A DNA stretch of 64,000 nucleotides from Amoebophrya sp. A120 (taxonomy: Eukaryota; Protista; Dinoflagellata): NCBI GenBank assembly GCA_905178155.1, contig CAJINV010000012.1, positions 3,086,802 through 3,150,801 on the forward strand. Reading direction: 5' to 3'. Shown piece by piece: positions 45,831-57,900 of the stretch (its first letter is position 1; every line of letters begins with the position of its first letter). Below the pieces are notes generated by a model. That model was not told the origin of the DNA and ran no database searches. It was given only the letters and a program-made list of their open reading frames with translations. A program made the translations under genes and the position numbers.

Positions 45831-48284
45831 TTGAATTTCGAAGAAACTACGGACCGCAAATCCGCAAGAAGAATGAGATCTGGTCGCGGAGCCGCGGCAT
45901 TTTTCGACCACATCGATCATTTCTGTACCGCACAGGAGCTTGGAGGCCTACCAGGTACAACAGCCGAACTGCATCAACCAGACCTGTTTGCGTCTGTGTC
46001 TCCTTCATCTGTGGGAATAAACAGCCATGTTGATTCGGGTTGTAGTGGCGGCGATCTCCTCTTACCTCGCAACTCCATGATCCGAAGCTGCAAAAATAGT
46101 AGACCTGCGCGTGGTAGTGGTTTTTCCAGTCTGGGAACTACTCGAACCGCCTTTATTCCTGAGGCGGCAGACGTATCAAATGTAAAAATGTCTGGGTCTG
46201 GAAACTTGTGATGCTGGGTGGCGTCTCATGATGAGGCTACAAATGCTGGCTCAGCATGACAAGTTTCTGAGCTCCTCGGTGTTGCCTTTTCTGCATGACA
46301 AACTGCGGTTCTGCATCACAGAAAAGCGGAGCTCTTGGGTAACGTGCATGACAGATTTAAGAGTCATGCCAGACAAACATGACAAACATGAATTCTTCCA
46401 GACCCAGACATTTTTACAGTTGATAAGACGCGGACGAACAGGCCCCCGAGCCAGACGTCCCGGACGACGGGCTTCCAAAAAAGGGGTCCCTCAGCAAAAA
46501 AACGCCGCCGCCGCCAGTGTATCGGATGCAAATATGCAGTCTGTGTGGTCGGAATGAGTGCAGGTGTAGTTTGGCATGCTACTCTTGCATGACCCAGAAG
46601 GGGTGGCATGCAAGTCTAGCATCTTCTTCTTCACCCGTCTTGTTGAGAAGGTGCCTCAACACTGCAGCCTAGTCCGCATGACAATCTCTCTCTTGTTTTG
46701 CCAAATTTTGGGCCATGTTTGCTGTTCGTGCAGATTGACAAAACAGATTTCAATGTTGTCTGAATTGCGCATTACAAGTTGCAAAAATTTTCCAGAAGAC
46801 CCACACATCCATGTTTGCAATGCATACGCGATTCGGAATGACCGAGCAGGGCGACAAGTGCCAGTGCAATCTGCACGACACCGACGGAGCACTGACCGCA
46901 CACACCGCAAAATCGAAAGACTTTGAGATGTATCAAATGCAAATATGTCTGGGTCTGGAAGATTGTGAGATTTGTCATGCTAGTCTGGCATGACTCTGAG
47001 CTTTGTATTGCGTGGCCACAAAGAGCCTCTCTCGCCTGGTGTCATGCAAAACGCAGTTTCTCATGCGGAACACGCAGCACAGAGGCACGAGAAAACTTGT
47101 CATGGTTGGCGGCGCATTACAGTCCATTTGTTATTGAATGACTTGCGTCACAAGTTTCCAGACATCCAGGGATATTTGCATCCGATAAGATGCGAATGAA
47201 GGAAGCTTCGAAGGATTCCACGGCGGAAAAAGCGAAAGTATCAAAGGCAAAAATCTCTGAGTCTGGGAGGATGGAACTTGTCATGCTGTCTTTGGATTCC
47301 AAAAAAATCTGTATTGCGTAAGTAGCAAGAGGAGTCCAGTTTATGCTACGCGGAGGGGGTATTCCTCATGCGGTATAGGCATCAGGAAGCCCTCGCAAAA
47401 TTTCTGATGCTAGGTCATGCATTACAGGCATCATCGTTCATGCAAAATGTGCATGACAAGTGTTCCACTCTTCCTGACCCAGACATTTTTGCATTTGATA
47501 GAAAGCAAAGGCGGACACGTTCCGGAGAAATTTGAATTTCTACAAGGAAGCAAAGGCGGAATTGGTATCCTGTGCAAAAGTATCGTACTCGTATTGCAGT
47601 CATGCATTACCATTATCTCAAGACAAATCTTTTTCTCAAGGATTTAAATTTTATCTCTCATGCTGAGGAAATTTGTATGTAATGCATTTATACGAGTGCG
47701 ATACTTTTGCAATGCATAATTGGACGCGGCCTACACCACGTACAAGGACAAACAGGAAGGATTGCAGGACGCTTACGCGCACTTGCGGCAGATGCACACG
47801 AAGTCCTGCACGCCCCTGCTATCAAATGTAAAAATGTCTGGGTTTGGAAAGGGAGAAGTTTGTCATGCACATTTTCCATGATCCATGATGTCTGTCGTGT
47901 ATGCCATGGCATCACAGATTTTGTGAGCGCCTATCGATGCGCATCCTGCATGACAAATGCCCTCTCTGCGTAGCCAAATTTGACTCCTCTCGCTGCTCAT
48001 GCAATACAGATTTTTTTAGCATCCAAATGCAGCAGCACAAGTTTGGCTCTTCCAGACCCAGACATATTTGCAATCCATACCTGCAAGACGCCTACGAGGT
48101 CGAACTGGACTGCAGCCGGAAATACCGCAAAGCAGTCGACCAGTACTTTGCGCGCGGTATGCCACCCACGTGCAAGTACGGTGTAGTGCCCATGATCAAG
48201 CCGTTTGCCGTCGACGTGAACTTGGCCAAGCAGCAACACGAACTGAAGGGCATCGCCGGGTTTCTGGGGAGGTGGTTTTTCTGA
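45831..48284 (+). CDS. Hypothetical protein, 5' end uncertain; 6 introners
   Basis: Frame restored across six elements: EAADADEQAPE...PVFGMTEQGDKC...FEMRMKE...ELDAAYTTY...LQDAYEVELDC...RWFF stop. Confidence 0.7.
46174..46425. mobile_element. Introner, family A
   Basis: TIR; DR AGACG. Confidence 0.92.
46520..46826. mobile_element. Degenerate introner, family A
   Basis: Relict TIR; DR decayed CAGTG/CGCGA; frame restored. Confidence 0.7.
46931..47187. mobile_element. Introner, family A
   Basis: TIR; DR AGATG. Confidence 0.9.
47239..47500. mobile_element. Introner, family A
   Basis: TIR; DR GAAAG. Confidence 0.9.
47566..47718. mobile_element. Introner, family E
   Basis: TIR TATCCTGTGCAAAAGTATCGTACTCGTAT; DR ATTGG. 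Confidence 0.9.
47820..48079. mobile_element. Introner, family A
   Basis: TIR; DR CCTGC; close inverted copy of 32784-33046. Confidence 0.92.
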
Positions 48285-48917
48285 AAAAGCGTGGTTTTCT
48301 TGCACGAGCCTTCTCTCGCGCCGGTTTAATGTTCAAAGCGCTCGATCATGGCAGTTTATTACATCTAGTTTACTCACCTGCTCAATGGTGTAAATGCTTT
48401 ATTCTACTGGTCGAGAATCTTCTAGTTTGTATGTCTGTTTCATCTGCAATAACACGTTGTGACACCCCGCTCACCCCTTCCCCTACTTTCTGCTTACATC
48501 CGTAGAAGTTCTTGTATCTCAACACAACTGTAAACTTTGTTCTTCCTCATGCATACTGAATTTTCTGTTTCTGCTTTACGTAAACCGAGTTAAGCAGTGT
48601 GGACATTGATTGTACAGGCCTGGTCCTGGGCTTCTTCTTCTGCACAGCAACTTGGCTCACTAGGAATTATTGTTTTGTGGGTCCTCGCGTCCGGACAGAC
48701 AACAGTTGTTTCCCACCAACTGGCAGATTGTTTCAAATCGATCTCAAGAAGAAAAAAGTTTCCGAAGACAGTGGCTAAAGAGGAACAGGGGAGCCAACGA
48801 CCTCGCGGAGCATGTTGTTTGGCCGGATGTTGCAAGAATTTTGCGTTGTACACGTGGGGTCATGTTGCGAACGAGCAGAAGAAGGTTGGAACTCACCCCA
48901 TGGGTGTTTCTGAATAA

Positions 48918-49179
48918 TATCAAATGTAAAAATGTCTGGGTCTGGAAGAATGCAACCTGTGATGCTGAACTTGGATTCCAAAAAAATCTGTATTGCATGA
49001 GCAGCAAAATGAATGCAATTTTTGCTACGCGGAGAGGGCGTTTGTCATGCGGAATAGGCATCGCGCAACCCTCAAAAAATCTGTGATGCTAGGGCATGCA
49101 TCACAGACATCATGGCCAATGCAAAACATGCATGACAAATCTCAGAATCTTCCAGACCCAGACATTTTTACATTTCATA
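48918..49179. mobile_element. Family A element, apparently intergenic or UTR
   Basis: TIR; DR AATAA. Confidence 0.9.
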
Positions 49180-49919
49180 AATAAACTAACACGTTTATTA
49201 GAGTGCGTGTACAACAGCCACCAAAAGAGTTGCAATGATATGGATGTACGGAGTTGTTGTAAATGAAATGCACGATGATGTCTTTTCCACATCATTTCGG
49301 AATGCTTGAAGATCTACCTCCATGAATTATGAAAATTTTGTCACTTTCTTAAAAAGCTGGACGATGTAATAACGGTGCTATCTTGCTGGTGCTTTGCGTT
49401 TTTGTGATCCAGCGGTAGGCCGCGTCATCCCTGTCTTGGAAAGAGAAGCCGACCTGCTGCTGCCACCATGGTGTCCCCTCCGAAACCCATCGTGCCCACG
49501 GAGCGCTACCAGAAGCTCTTATCGACTGAGGAAAAACTTTTTTCACCGAGTCAAGGAGAGCGGTGAAATAGAAATTTGATTTGCGCCACTGCTTTTCTGA
49601 TGGTTACTGCAAGAAGCGAAGGCCGCCCAAAGGGAAACTGACGCATGACGAATTTTTTCCGAGACAAGGGCACGAGCATGTAGCAATTTTTGACTCTACG
49701 TAAAAGTCATTTTCCTCTCCATACCGGTGCATCTACAACCCGATGGGGCACGTGGATAAGGGCCAACACGCAGAAATTGTGATTCAGGTATAAGAATTTT
49801 TTTTGTTGGACCGATCGCGCAATAAATCACCCGAAGATGCAGACATATTCATTGACCACCATCATGTGTTTAATATTCGAAAGCATCAGGTGCTGAAACA
49901 CACAACAGCTCCGCCACGT

Positions 49920-52900
49920 GAGTTCTTCCTCCGGCGCGCAATCCGAGTACGCGAAGCATTATCAAGTGTAAAAATTTCTGGGTCTGGAAGAATGCGCGAT
50001 TTGTCATGCTTCTCTGGCATGACTACTTAAATCTGTCATGCAGGTTACCCAAGAGCCCCACTTTCCTGTCATGCAAAAACGCAGTTTGTCATGCAGAATA
50101 GGCAACACCTAGAAGCTCAGAAACTTGCCATGCTGAGCCAGCACTTATGGCTTCCTCATGATACGCCACCCAGCATCACAAGTTTCCAGACCCAGACATT
50201 TTTACATTTGATAAGCAGCCGAAGAAGCAGCCGGATAGTTTCAGCCTGAAAAATATTACAATGAAAAATGCCCCCACCCCCGAACGTGGAAGCATTTGTA
50301 TTGCAAAACTTTCCAAATGAAACATTCGCCCTCTTGCATCTATCAGCATCACAGGTTTTCAATCGTGAATAGCAAAAATTTGCATTGCAAAAGACCCCAG
50401 CAAGAGCGGCACTTGTCATGCAAGCGATGCGATACACACCTACATTCTGCATCAGAAAGATTCATACTCCTTTCATGCATGACAAAAAGTTTTCATTTGC
50501 AAACTTCGCATCACAAATTTTTGCAATTTAGGGTTGGGGGGCACTTTTCACTGTAATAAAAAATAACCCCCAGCAGTTGCAGCACTTTCCCTTTCCGAAG
50601 TCCTTCCGGCGGAAGGTGGCTGAGATATGCCTTGCAAAGAATATGTCTGGGTCTGGAAAGAGTGGCACTTGTGATGTTGCTAGCTGACGATCATACAAAA
50701 ATCTGTATTGCATGAGCAGCACGAACAGGCACCAAGATTTTTGCAACCCGGAGAGGAATGAATTTCTTATGCAGAATAGGCATGAACGAGCCGTCGCGAA
50801 ACCTGTAATGCTGGAGCAGGCATCACCGACATTGCGGGCCGTGCAAAATCTGCATGGCACACTCCCTCAATCTTCCATACCCAGGCATATTTGCAGTGGA
50901 TACGAGATAGACCTGAGCAAAAACCTGGAGCTGGAGCTTCTGGAGCCCTTCAACGGAAGAATTGGATCTTCGCTGCAAAAGCCGCCGACTTCTTCCGCCA
51001 CCGGGGCCAGTAGTAGCTCCGGCAGCAAGGGCAGCAGCTCTGGCGGGGCAAACAACGAGCTGAATCTGGTGAAGATTGATCCCGACGAGATCACAACCGA
51101 AGTCGCCGGGCAGAAGCGAAAATTCCCCGGCAGCGGGCTAGAAATGGCGTTCAGCAGGAGGGCGGAAAAGTATTTTTCAATTGATAGATGCTCTGTCTTC
51201 GGAACACCTACTTAAGTACACCACTGAAGCTTGGCTTTCTTTACCAAGCACAACATCTACTTCCGCATGAGTAGGTTTTAGTTTTACTTAGTATAATTTT
51301 TCTGTTAGTGCAAGAAAAGTAGGCCTCGTCTTGCTTCTAGAGCAACAAGTTTCTGGTATTTTTTCATGAGGAAAAGCAAAAGTCTTTATCTTCTAACAGA
51401 GAAGTCAGGCCGGACGCCATTGAGGCGCGGAAAAAATATCTGGAAGAGAACGACGACCTGCCCGTTTTATTTGACAAGATGTTCGACTTCCTGATGTCGA
51501 AAAAGCCGATAACGCCCATATCCTGAGGAAAAACGTCCCCACACCAGAGTCAGGATGGGGATGTCGCAACACAAATCCAGAAGTTTTGGGCGTCCCGCAT
51601 GACAAGCTCCCTCTGTACTGTAGTGCAGTTTAGCAAGTGCAGAAGCATCACAACGCCACTTACGTATCCTGTTTATTGCATTACAAGCTTGTTCAAAACT
51701 AGACTGGAAAAGCCTCTGATGAGGATGCGCATCACAAATGCTCCTGTAGTTGCAAATCTGCATGACAACTCTGGGGTGGGGACGTTTTTACACGGCATAG
51801 CCCAAGTCGGCGCTGGCGGATTTTCTGTTCCAGCAATACGAGCTATGAGTGTGCACAACTCCCCCTCCCCCTCAGTTGTATTGCATGAACAGCAATACAG
51901 ACACCCCCACCTGTGGAGCCTGTGCATGACAAGTTCATGCACCTAGTGTAGTACTTACTGTTTGGGGTTCCGGAATCTGTCATGCAAATAGTACCACGCA
52001 GCAACGCTTGGGTTTGGTACTTTGCATGACAAATAAGGGGGAGGGGGCGTTGTGCACTCTCATACGAGCACGATCGGCTGGACCGAGACCGAAAGGCGCG
52101 GCTGGAGCGGGAAAAGGAGCTGAAGGTGGAGCCGGCGAAGTATGCATTGCAAAAATGTCTGGGTCTGGAAGATTGCAGGAGTTAGAGTTTGTCATGCATA
52201 TTTTGAATGACCCATGATGTCTGTGATGCATGCCCTAGCATCACATATTTTTAGAGGGCCTTTCGGTTTCGTTGCCTCTACTGCATGAAAAATGCCCTCT
52301 CCGCGTAGCACAAACTGGAGTCCTCTTGCTGGTCCTGCAATACAAATTTTTTAGAATCCAGCGACAGCATTACAATCTATCTTCCAGACCGAGACACTTT
52401 TGCAATCCATACGAAGGTCTTGATACCCAAACCGCCAACGAAGGTCATCGAATACAAGCTGGAGGACGAGAGAAGAAGGCAAGACCAAAAAGACAAGAAG
52501 CAAAAAAAGTATCAATAACGGATGGATATAGTTGGGAAGTTTTTGCTGCGTAATAATTTATCCTTTTGATTGTGGTCCTTTCATCGTGCATAGCGTAAGT
52601 ACAACAAGTATTCCAAAACCGAAAACCCCACCGCTTCTCAGAATCGACATGCTGGAAGCCTACGATGCGGAGCAGAAGCTCATCCAACGGGGCCGGGATC
52701 TATCCTGTTCAAAAGTATCGTATTCGTATTGCAATCATGCAATACAAATCTTTTTGTTGAGTCAAATCCGCATTACAAATTTTGTTTCTCATGCTGAGGA
52801 AATTTGTAATGCATTTACACGAATACGATACTTTTGCAGTTCATAGGATCTTCTGCGCAACAAGATGGTGGCCAAGGCGGGCCAAAATCTGAAGAACAAG

Positions 52901-53708
52901 TTCATGGGGCGCAAGACGGAGCCGCCACCGAGCACGCAGGTGGGGGAAGACGGGTCTCCGATAGTAGCACCGCCGCAGGACGACTTCATGACGTCGGTTC
53001 TGGGAGGCATGACCGTCGATCCCAAGCTGTTTCAGTCAGCCACCATGGAGGATTTGGGTATCAACTGCAGAAAACATGTCTGAGTCTGGTTCTGGAACAC
53101 TGGAGGTGAAGATGACTTGCATGAGCCAGAAGTTCTTCCTCTGGCGTGCAACAAATGGCATATATCACACGTTTCATCATCAGCGAGGAGGTTTCTTCTA
53201 AGTGGTTATCCCGCATGAAGTGAAATCCGCCACGTTTTGCTTGCTATGCATGACAGATTTGCGTCTGGTCTAAAACGCGCATCGCAAGTTTGCATCCATC
53301 CAGACCTCCTCCCGGACCACATGTTTGCAATGCATAGGAGGAACAGCAGAGCAAGCGGCAGCGCCTTCCGCCGACGTGAAAAACAAGCCAACTTCCGTGC
53401 GAGTAAGTGCCGCGCCGCCACTGGAAAACGAAACCCCGGCCGCTCCTGCGGGGGTAGCTGCAGAAGGTGCACGAGACGAGGACCTATCTCCCGCTGCTTC
53501 CGGCCTCGCCGTCTCAGATGAGGTGCCGGTCGCGCCCGAACTGCCTACGCCGGCGGATCACCAAGAACATGCGGACGAGACGCAGCCAGCAGCAGATGGA
53601 GGTGCTCAGGAGCAGATCCTTACCAGTGGTCCACCGTCGTCTCCGGCGAAGACGGAAGAGGTCGACTCGCCCGGCGTCGGGGATCATGGCAGTATTGAGG
53701 GCGGCTGA
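49920..53708 (+). CDS. Hypothetical protein with RIIa/DPY-30-like dimerisation-docking motif; 5' end uncertain; 8 introners
   Basis: Spliced ARKKYLEENDDLPVLFDKMFDFLMSKKPITPKSALADFLF resembles a D/D domain (inference); frame continuous to TGA at 53708. Confidence 0.65.
49960..50213. mobile_element. Introner, family A
   Basis: TIR; DR AGCAT/AGCAG. Confidence 0.9.
50254..50558. mobile_element. Introner, family C-like ends with different interior
   Basis: TIR TATTACAATGAAAAATGCCCCC; DR AAAAA. Confidence 0.88.
50626..50902. mobile_element. Introner, family A
   Basis: TIR; DR TGAGA/CGAGA. Confidence 0.88.
51519..51799. mobile_element. Introner, family B
   Basis: TIR; DR GCCCA. Confidence 0.92.
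51844..52064. mobile_element. Introner, family G
   Basis: TIR TATGAGTGTGCACAACTCCCCCTCCCC; DR CGAGC. Confidence 0.92.
52141..52411. mobile_element. Introner, family A
   Basis: TIR; DR CGAAG. Confidence 0.9.
52701..52845. mobile_element. Introner, family E
   Basis: TIR; DR GGATC. Confidence 0.9.
53059..53336. mobile_element. Degenerate family A introner now bounded by GT-AG
   Basis: G-TATCAACTGC...TGCATA-GGAG; DR TTGGG/GGAGG. Confidence 0.75.
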
Positions 53709-54572
53709 GGAATAAACAAGCGGGATAGTAGAGGACTCAAAGCTGCGATAGCTTAGTGTTTGGCTTTGGGCATCCGTCACAAAATTTTAAACTTTGGAAC
53801 AATAGTAAACCAAGTGCATGAAGATCAATTGCGAAGCAAAAAGAAGCTGGTGCGCCGCACACCAAAAACTGAGACTTTTGATTGCAACTTGGATGAGGAT
53901 GCAGTCATGTTGTGGATGTCGTCTCCAAAGTAAGTGTAGCATGCTGTTGTCCGGTATGAGCTGCAAAAAAGCATTTCATCGTGGTCGTTTCTGCTTCTGT
54001 CGTTGATAGTACAAGATTTTCGTGCTGAATACAACGACTGGAGAGTTGCTGGTTGGAGTTTCGTGTGGGAGGAGCGCGGTGTGATTCATTGAATTGCATC
54101 ATGAGTGTTGACTTTGTAACCCGGGTTCTTCTAATGCCTACTTTTACCTTCATCCTGCTGCTATCCTCAAGTCGTTTTGGAAACCCGTCAAGGATCATCG
54201 CTCGTGAGTAAACGTATGTGAGCAGAGTTTAATCTTCTTGCGCTCGAGGAGGTCGACGAGTAGACAACAAAGAAGCCTTGTTTATTTGAGCGAGAAGTTG
54301 CGCACCAAGAGCAAAAGCAAAACCAAAAGGCAGAAGATGAACACCACCAGGCCTGGTGCTCTACTGGTACTAGTGAATTCAGCGAAAAAATATGAAAGTG
54401 CGAACCTTTCATACGCTTCTTACACAAATGGACTTCTACAACTGGCAGCAAGTGCAACTACTATGAAGAGTCGCGACGTTGTACTGGTGCTTTCATCCTT
54501 TGCGTCGTTGCGTTTGCTTGTTTAACGTGCCCCTGCTCGTCGTCATCCACGAGGTTCTTGGTCTGCCGAATC

Positions 54573-54941
54573 TATCAAAAGAGCAAAGCTCGCGGAAATA
54601 ACGGGAGGGGCCGCGATAGGGAACTACGTCGTCTCTTTGCCAAGTCAAATTGACCAAGTCAACTTTCTCGTTGCAGGTGAAGTAGGTTTGGTCGTCACGA
54701 GGACACGGCGAGGACATCAAATCGCGGACCATATGGAGAGAAAAAAGTTTGTCACTGTCACTAACTTGCGGGCTTTGCATTACAAATTTTTTTAGCATCA
54801 CAGCTTTCCTCTGTGTTGCAGAAACATTAGGGAAACAAATCCCTAAGGAAGTTTGGCTGTGATGCATTTTTACGCATGACAGAAAGTTTTGTACTGCAAA
54901 AATGCGCATGAGTGATCGTGACGAACTTTTTTTGTTCGATA
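54573..54941. mobile_element. Introner-like element, family I (diverged)
   Basis: TATCAAAAGAGCAAAGCTCG / CGAACTTTTTTTGTTCGATA; internal GCATCACA/GCATGACA motifs; DR GAATC/GACCA. Confidence 0.6.
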
Positions 54942-54948
54942 GACCACT

Positions 54949-57900
54949 ATGCAGCTGCACTACATCGAGGAGGAATGCGGCCAGCAGGTCGAAGTCACCG
55001 AGGAATACCTGCGGCATATCAAAAGGAAAAATCCCCCCACCCCATATCGAAATGGAAATCTGTGATGCGGGATTTGTGTACACAAATCGGCTTTGTATTG
55101 CAGGAAGGCATCGCCGCCAGATCCCCAGGCTATACAGGGGCGTATCGGTCTAGTTGTTCAGCATGGCAAACGGCTCCGCTTTAGGCCCAACAGCATGACA
55201 AATCGCCTCCATAATGGGGGCGAAGCTTTTGCCCTTGTCTTCTTGCAAGACAGACGTGATTTGTGCCCTCAAATCAGCAACACAAATTTTCGGAAGCATG
55301 CCTTTTCGATATGGGGAGGGGGGATTTTTCCTCACAATACGGCACCATTGCGACCAGGAGGATTTAAGTACAACTGCAGTTCTTTCGGCTTTTATACTTA
55401 TGCTGATCATGCATACGCTTACGCATCATCATTGGAACATAATCTAATTCCCTAGCCGAGCATTGCATGACACAACATCTACAACATCTCCCTTAACAGC
55501 CCGGGTGCACAACCTCGAGATCGAAATCGATGCGGAGGAGCAACACGCCGACACGATCGGGGAAAACCTCCCCAACCTCGTCTCCCTGAAGCTGAACGGG
55601 AGCAAGGTATTCTACATTCGGGAGCTGGGCGTGAAATTCCAGAAGGTCCGGTATCTGTGGCTGAACCGGGCCGGGCTGCGGGATTTAGACGGGTTGGTTG
55701 CCGCGCTGCCATTACTGGAGGAGCTCTACGTAGAAACTGCTTTGTCTAGTTGCTTACTTTTGTCATGCGTGTTAACCTCATAGCAGAAATAAAAACTGTC
55801 ATGCTACACCCAGATAATATTGCTATTTGATCGAAGACGAGAATCGAAAAATCTACTATCACGACAGATTTCCTTCAACGAGGTCGAGGAGCTGTCCGGC
55901 CTGCAGTTCCACGAAACCTTGCAAGTTTTGGACCTGGAAGGGAACCAGGTTTCCGACTTGAACGAGCTTGAGAACCTCGCGAGCTGCCCAAAATTGACGG
56001 AACTGACGCTGGAAGACAACCCGATTTGTATCGAGACGGATAATGATTTTCATGATTACATATTGCGTAGCTTTGACGTTCTCGTTGTGAAATAACTTGG
56101 ACCTGTAGAAGGTAGTTGCACTTCTCGACGTATGATGAAGAACGTATGGCAATAAACCTTGTCATTTTATCACCACAAATAACAGATAAGAAGTTCCCGG
56201 ACCTGGCATCGGAAATCAAGCGTGTCGTGCCGCAGCTGGAGACGTTAGATTCCGTATGAGAGTCGTGCACAAGAACTTCACGTCGCCCTCGTTTGGAGGG
56301 CAAGAGTAGCGACAGAAGCGCAAGCAACGATGCAGAGCTCTTTCTAGTAGATGACAAATTTATAATTTTTTACGTAACACTGTCGTGCTGTTCTGGGCGC
56401 TGGTACCTGTCTGTCACGCAAACAGTGCCAAAAGGCATCGGCTGGAATTCCACCGTTTCTGCATTGTGTACAAATGAGGGGGAGACGGGGAAGTAGTTGT
56501 GCACTCTCATACCCCGAGCCGATTGCGGAATCATCTACCTCCGGGGCGATGAACTACGCCGGAACGGCAGCAGCGTCCTCCTCTTCTGCGGCCGGTAAGG
56601 ACCACGGAGCAGCGCAGCATGATTCGAGTCTCAACAAGTCTTCCCGTGCGCCCGTGGATCCGTCTGCTTTGTTGGCCTCCTCCACCACCTTCAACCAAGC
56701 GAGTTCTCCCTCCGAGGAGGTTGGCAGCTGCGACGAAGAGAATGGTATGATGAACAACCCGCTGTTCCGAGCGGACGCCGCAACCCAGAACGACTTGTCA
56801 CGCCTGCGGTCGCGGGCCCGGGCCGGAAGCGGGTCGTCGCGGACGAGTGCGGAGCCTATAATGCCGTTGGAGGAGGGACCGACAAAAAGTAGTTCGTCTA
56901 CTTCAACAGCATCGTCCAACATGATTACGACTCCTGCCACCTCCGCGAGTAAGTATCTGTACACATCATCATCATCAGCAGTACCTGCAACTTCTCTATT
57001 CGCAGGAACGGCAAGAGCCGGCGGAGTTCCTCTCGGGCAGAGCAATAACCACCTGGATCAGACCACCACCTGCGACAACTCCGTGACGGACTACGACAAA
57101 AGCACAATCGAGAACACGGAAGAAGTATCAAACCTGCAAATTCGTGTGGGTCTGAAAAAATGAAACCTGTACAACTGCGTGTCTTACATTCCTGTAAAAT
57201 CTGTACTGCATGACCAAAAGCATCGCGCGCTCTTTTGTCATGCAAAAACGCAGTTCCCAATTCGCGCTACGCATGAGGAAGCGTCCAGAGAGCAATCGTG
57301 TCCTGCTGGGCTGCACTCAGGAGTGTGTTCAATCAACGCCGCCCAGCATGATCACAGGTTTCCAGAGGGCCCAGACATTTTTGCAGTCGATAGGAAGAGA
57401 ACTCCAACTCCTACGGCACGACGACCACGTTCACGAGTGGGGGGACGGCAACTGTATCAATTGAAAACATCATGTCGTGGTCTGGATTGGTGATGCGAAA
57501 TTTGAAGGACAGCGAGGCTTTGTGATGCATGAATGCGATGGGCCATATTTTTTGTCGTGCTGGAAGTGGAAGCCACTTTGTCATGCAAAACGCGGTAGAG
57601 TATGAGTAAGAGTTCTTCGCAATACCAAGCGAAAGATTTGGGATGCGTATAGTACAAAATAATGGTCAAAACATCGCGCTGCAATCCATGCCTCAGCAAC
57701 ACAATTTCGGCGCGTCTCTCCAGACCCAGACATGAGTATTTGCATTCGATAAACCACACTGGTGAACAATAATACTGGTGGAGAACAACCATCAATCGGA
57801 ACAAGCGGGCCAAGCGGGTCGTCTGCACTCGTTTTATCGGGTGGTCCTCACGGTGGTCCGGACGCAGAAGTTTCTGGTGAGCAAAATGTAGGCGGGTCCG

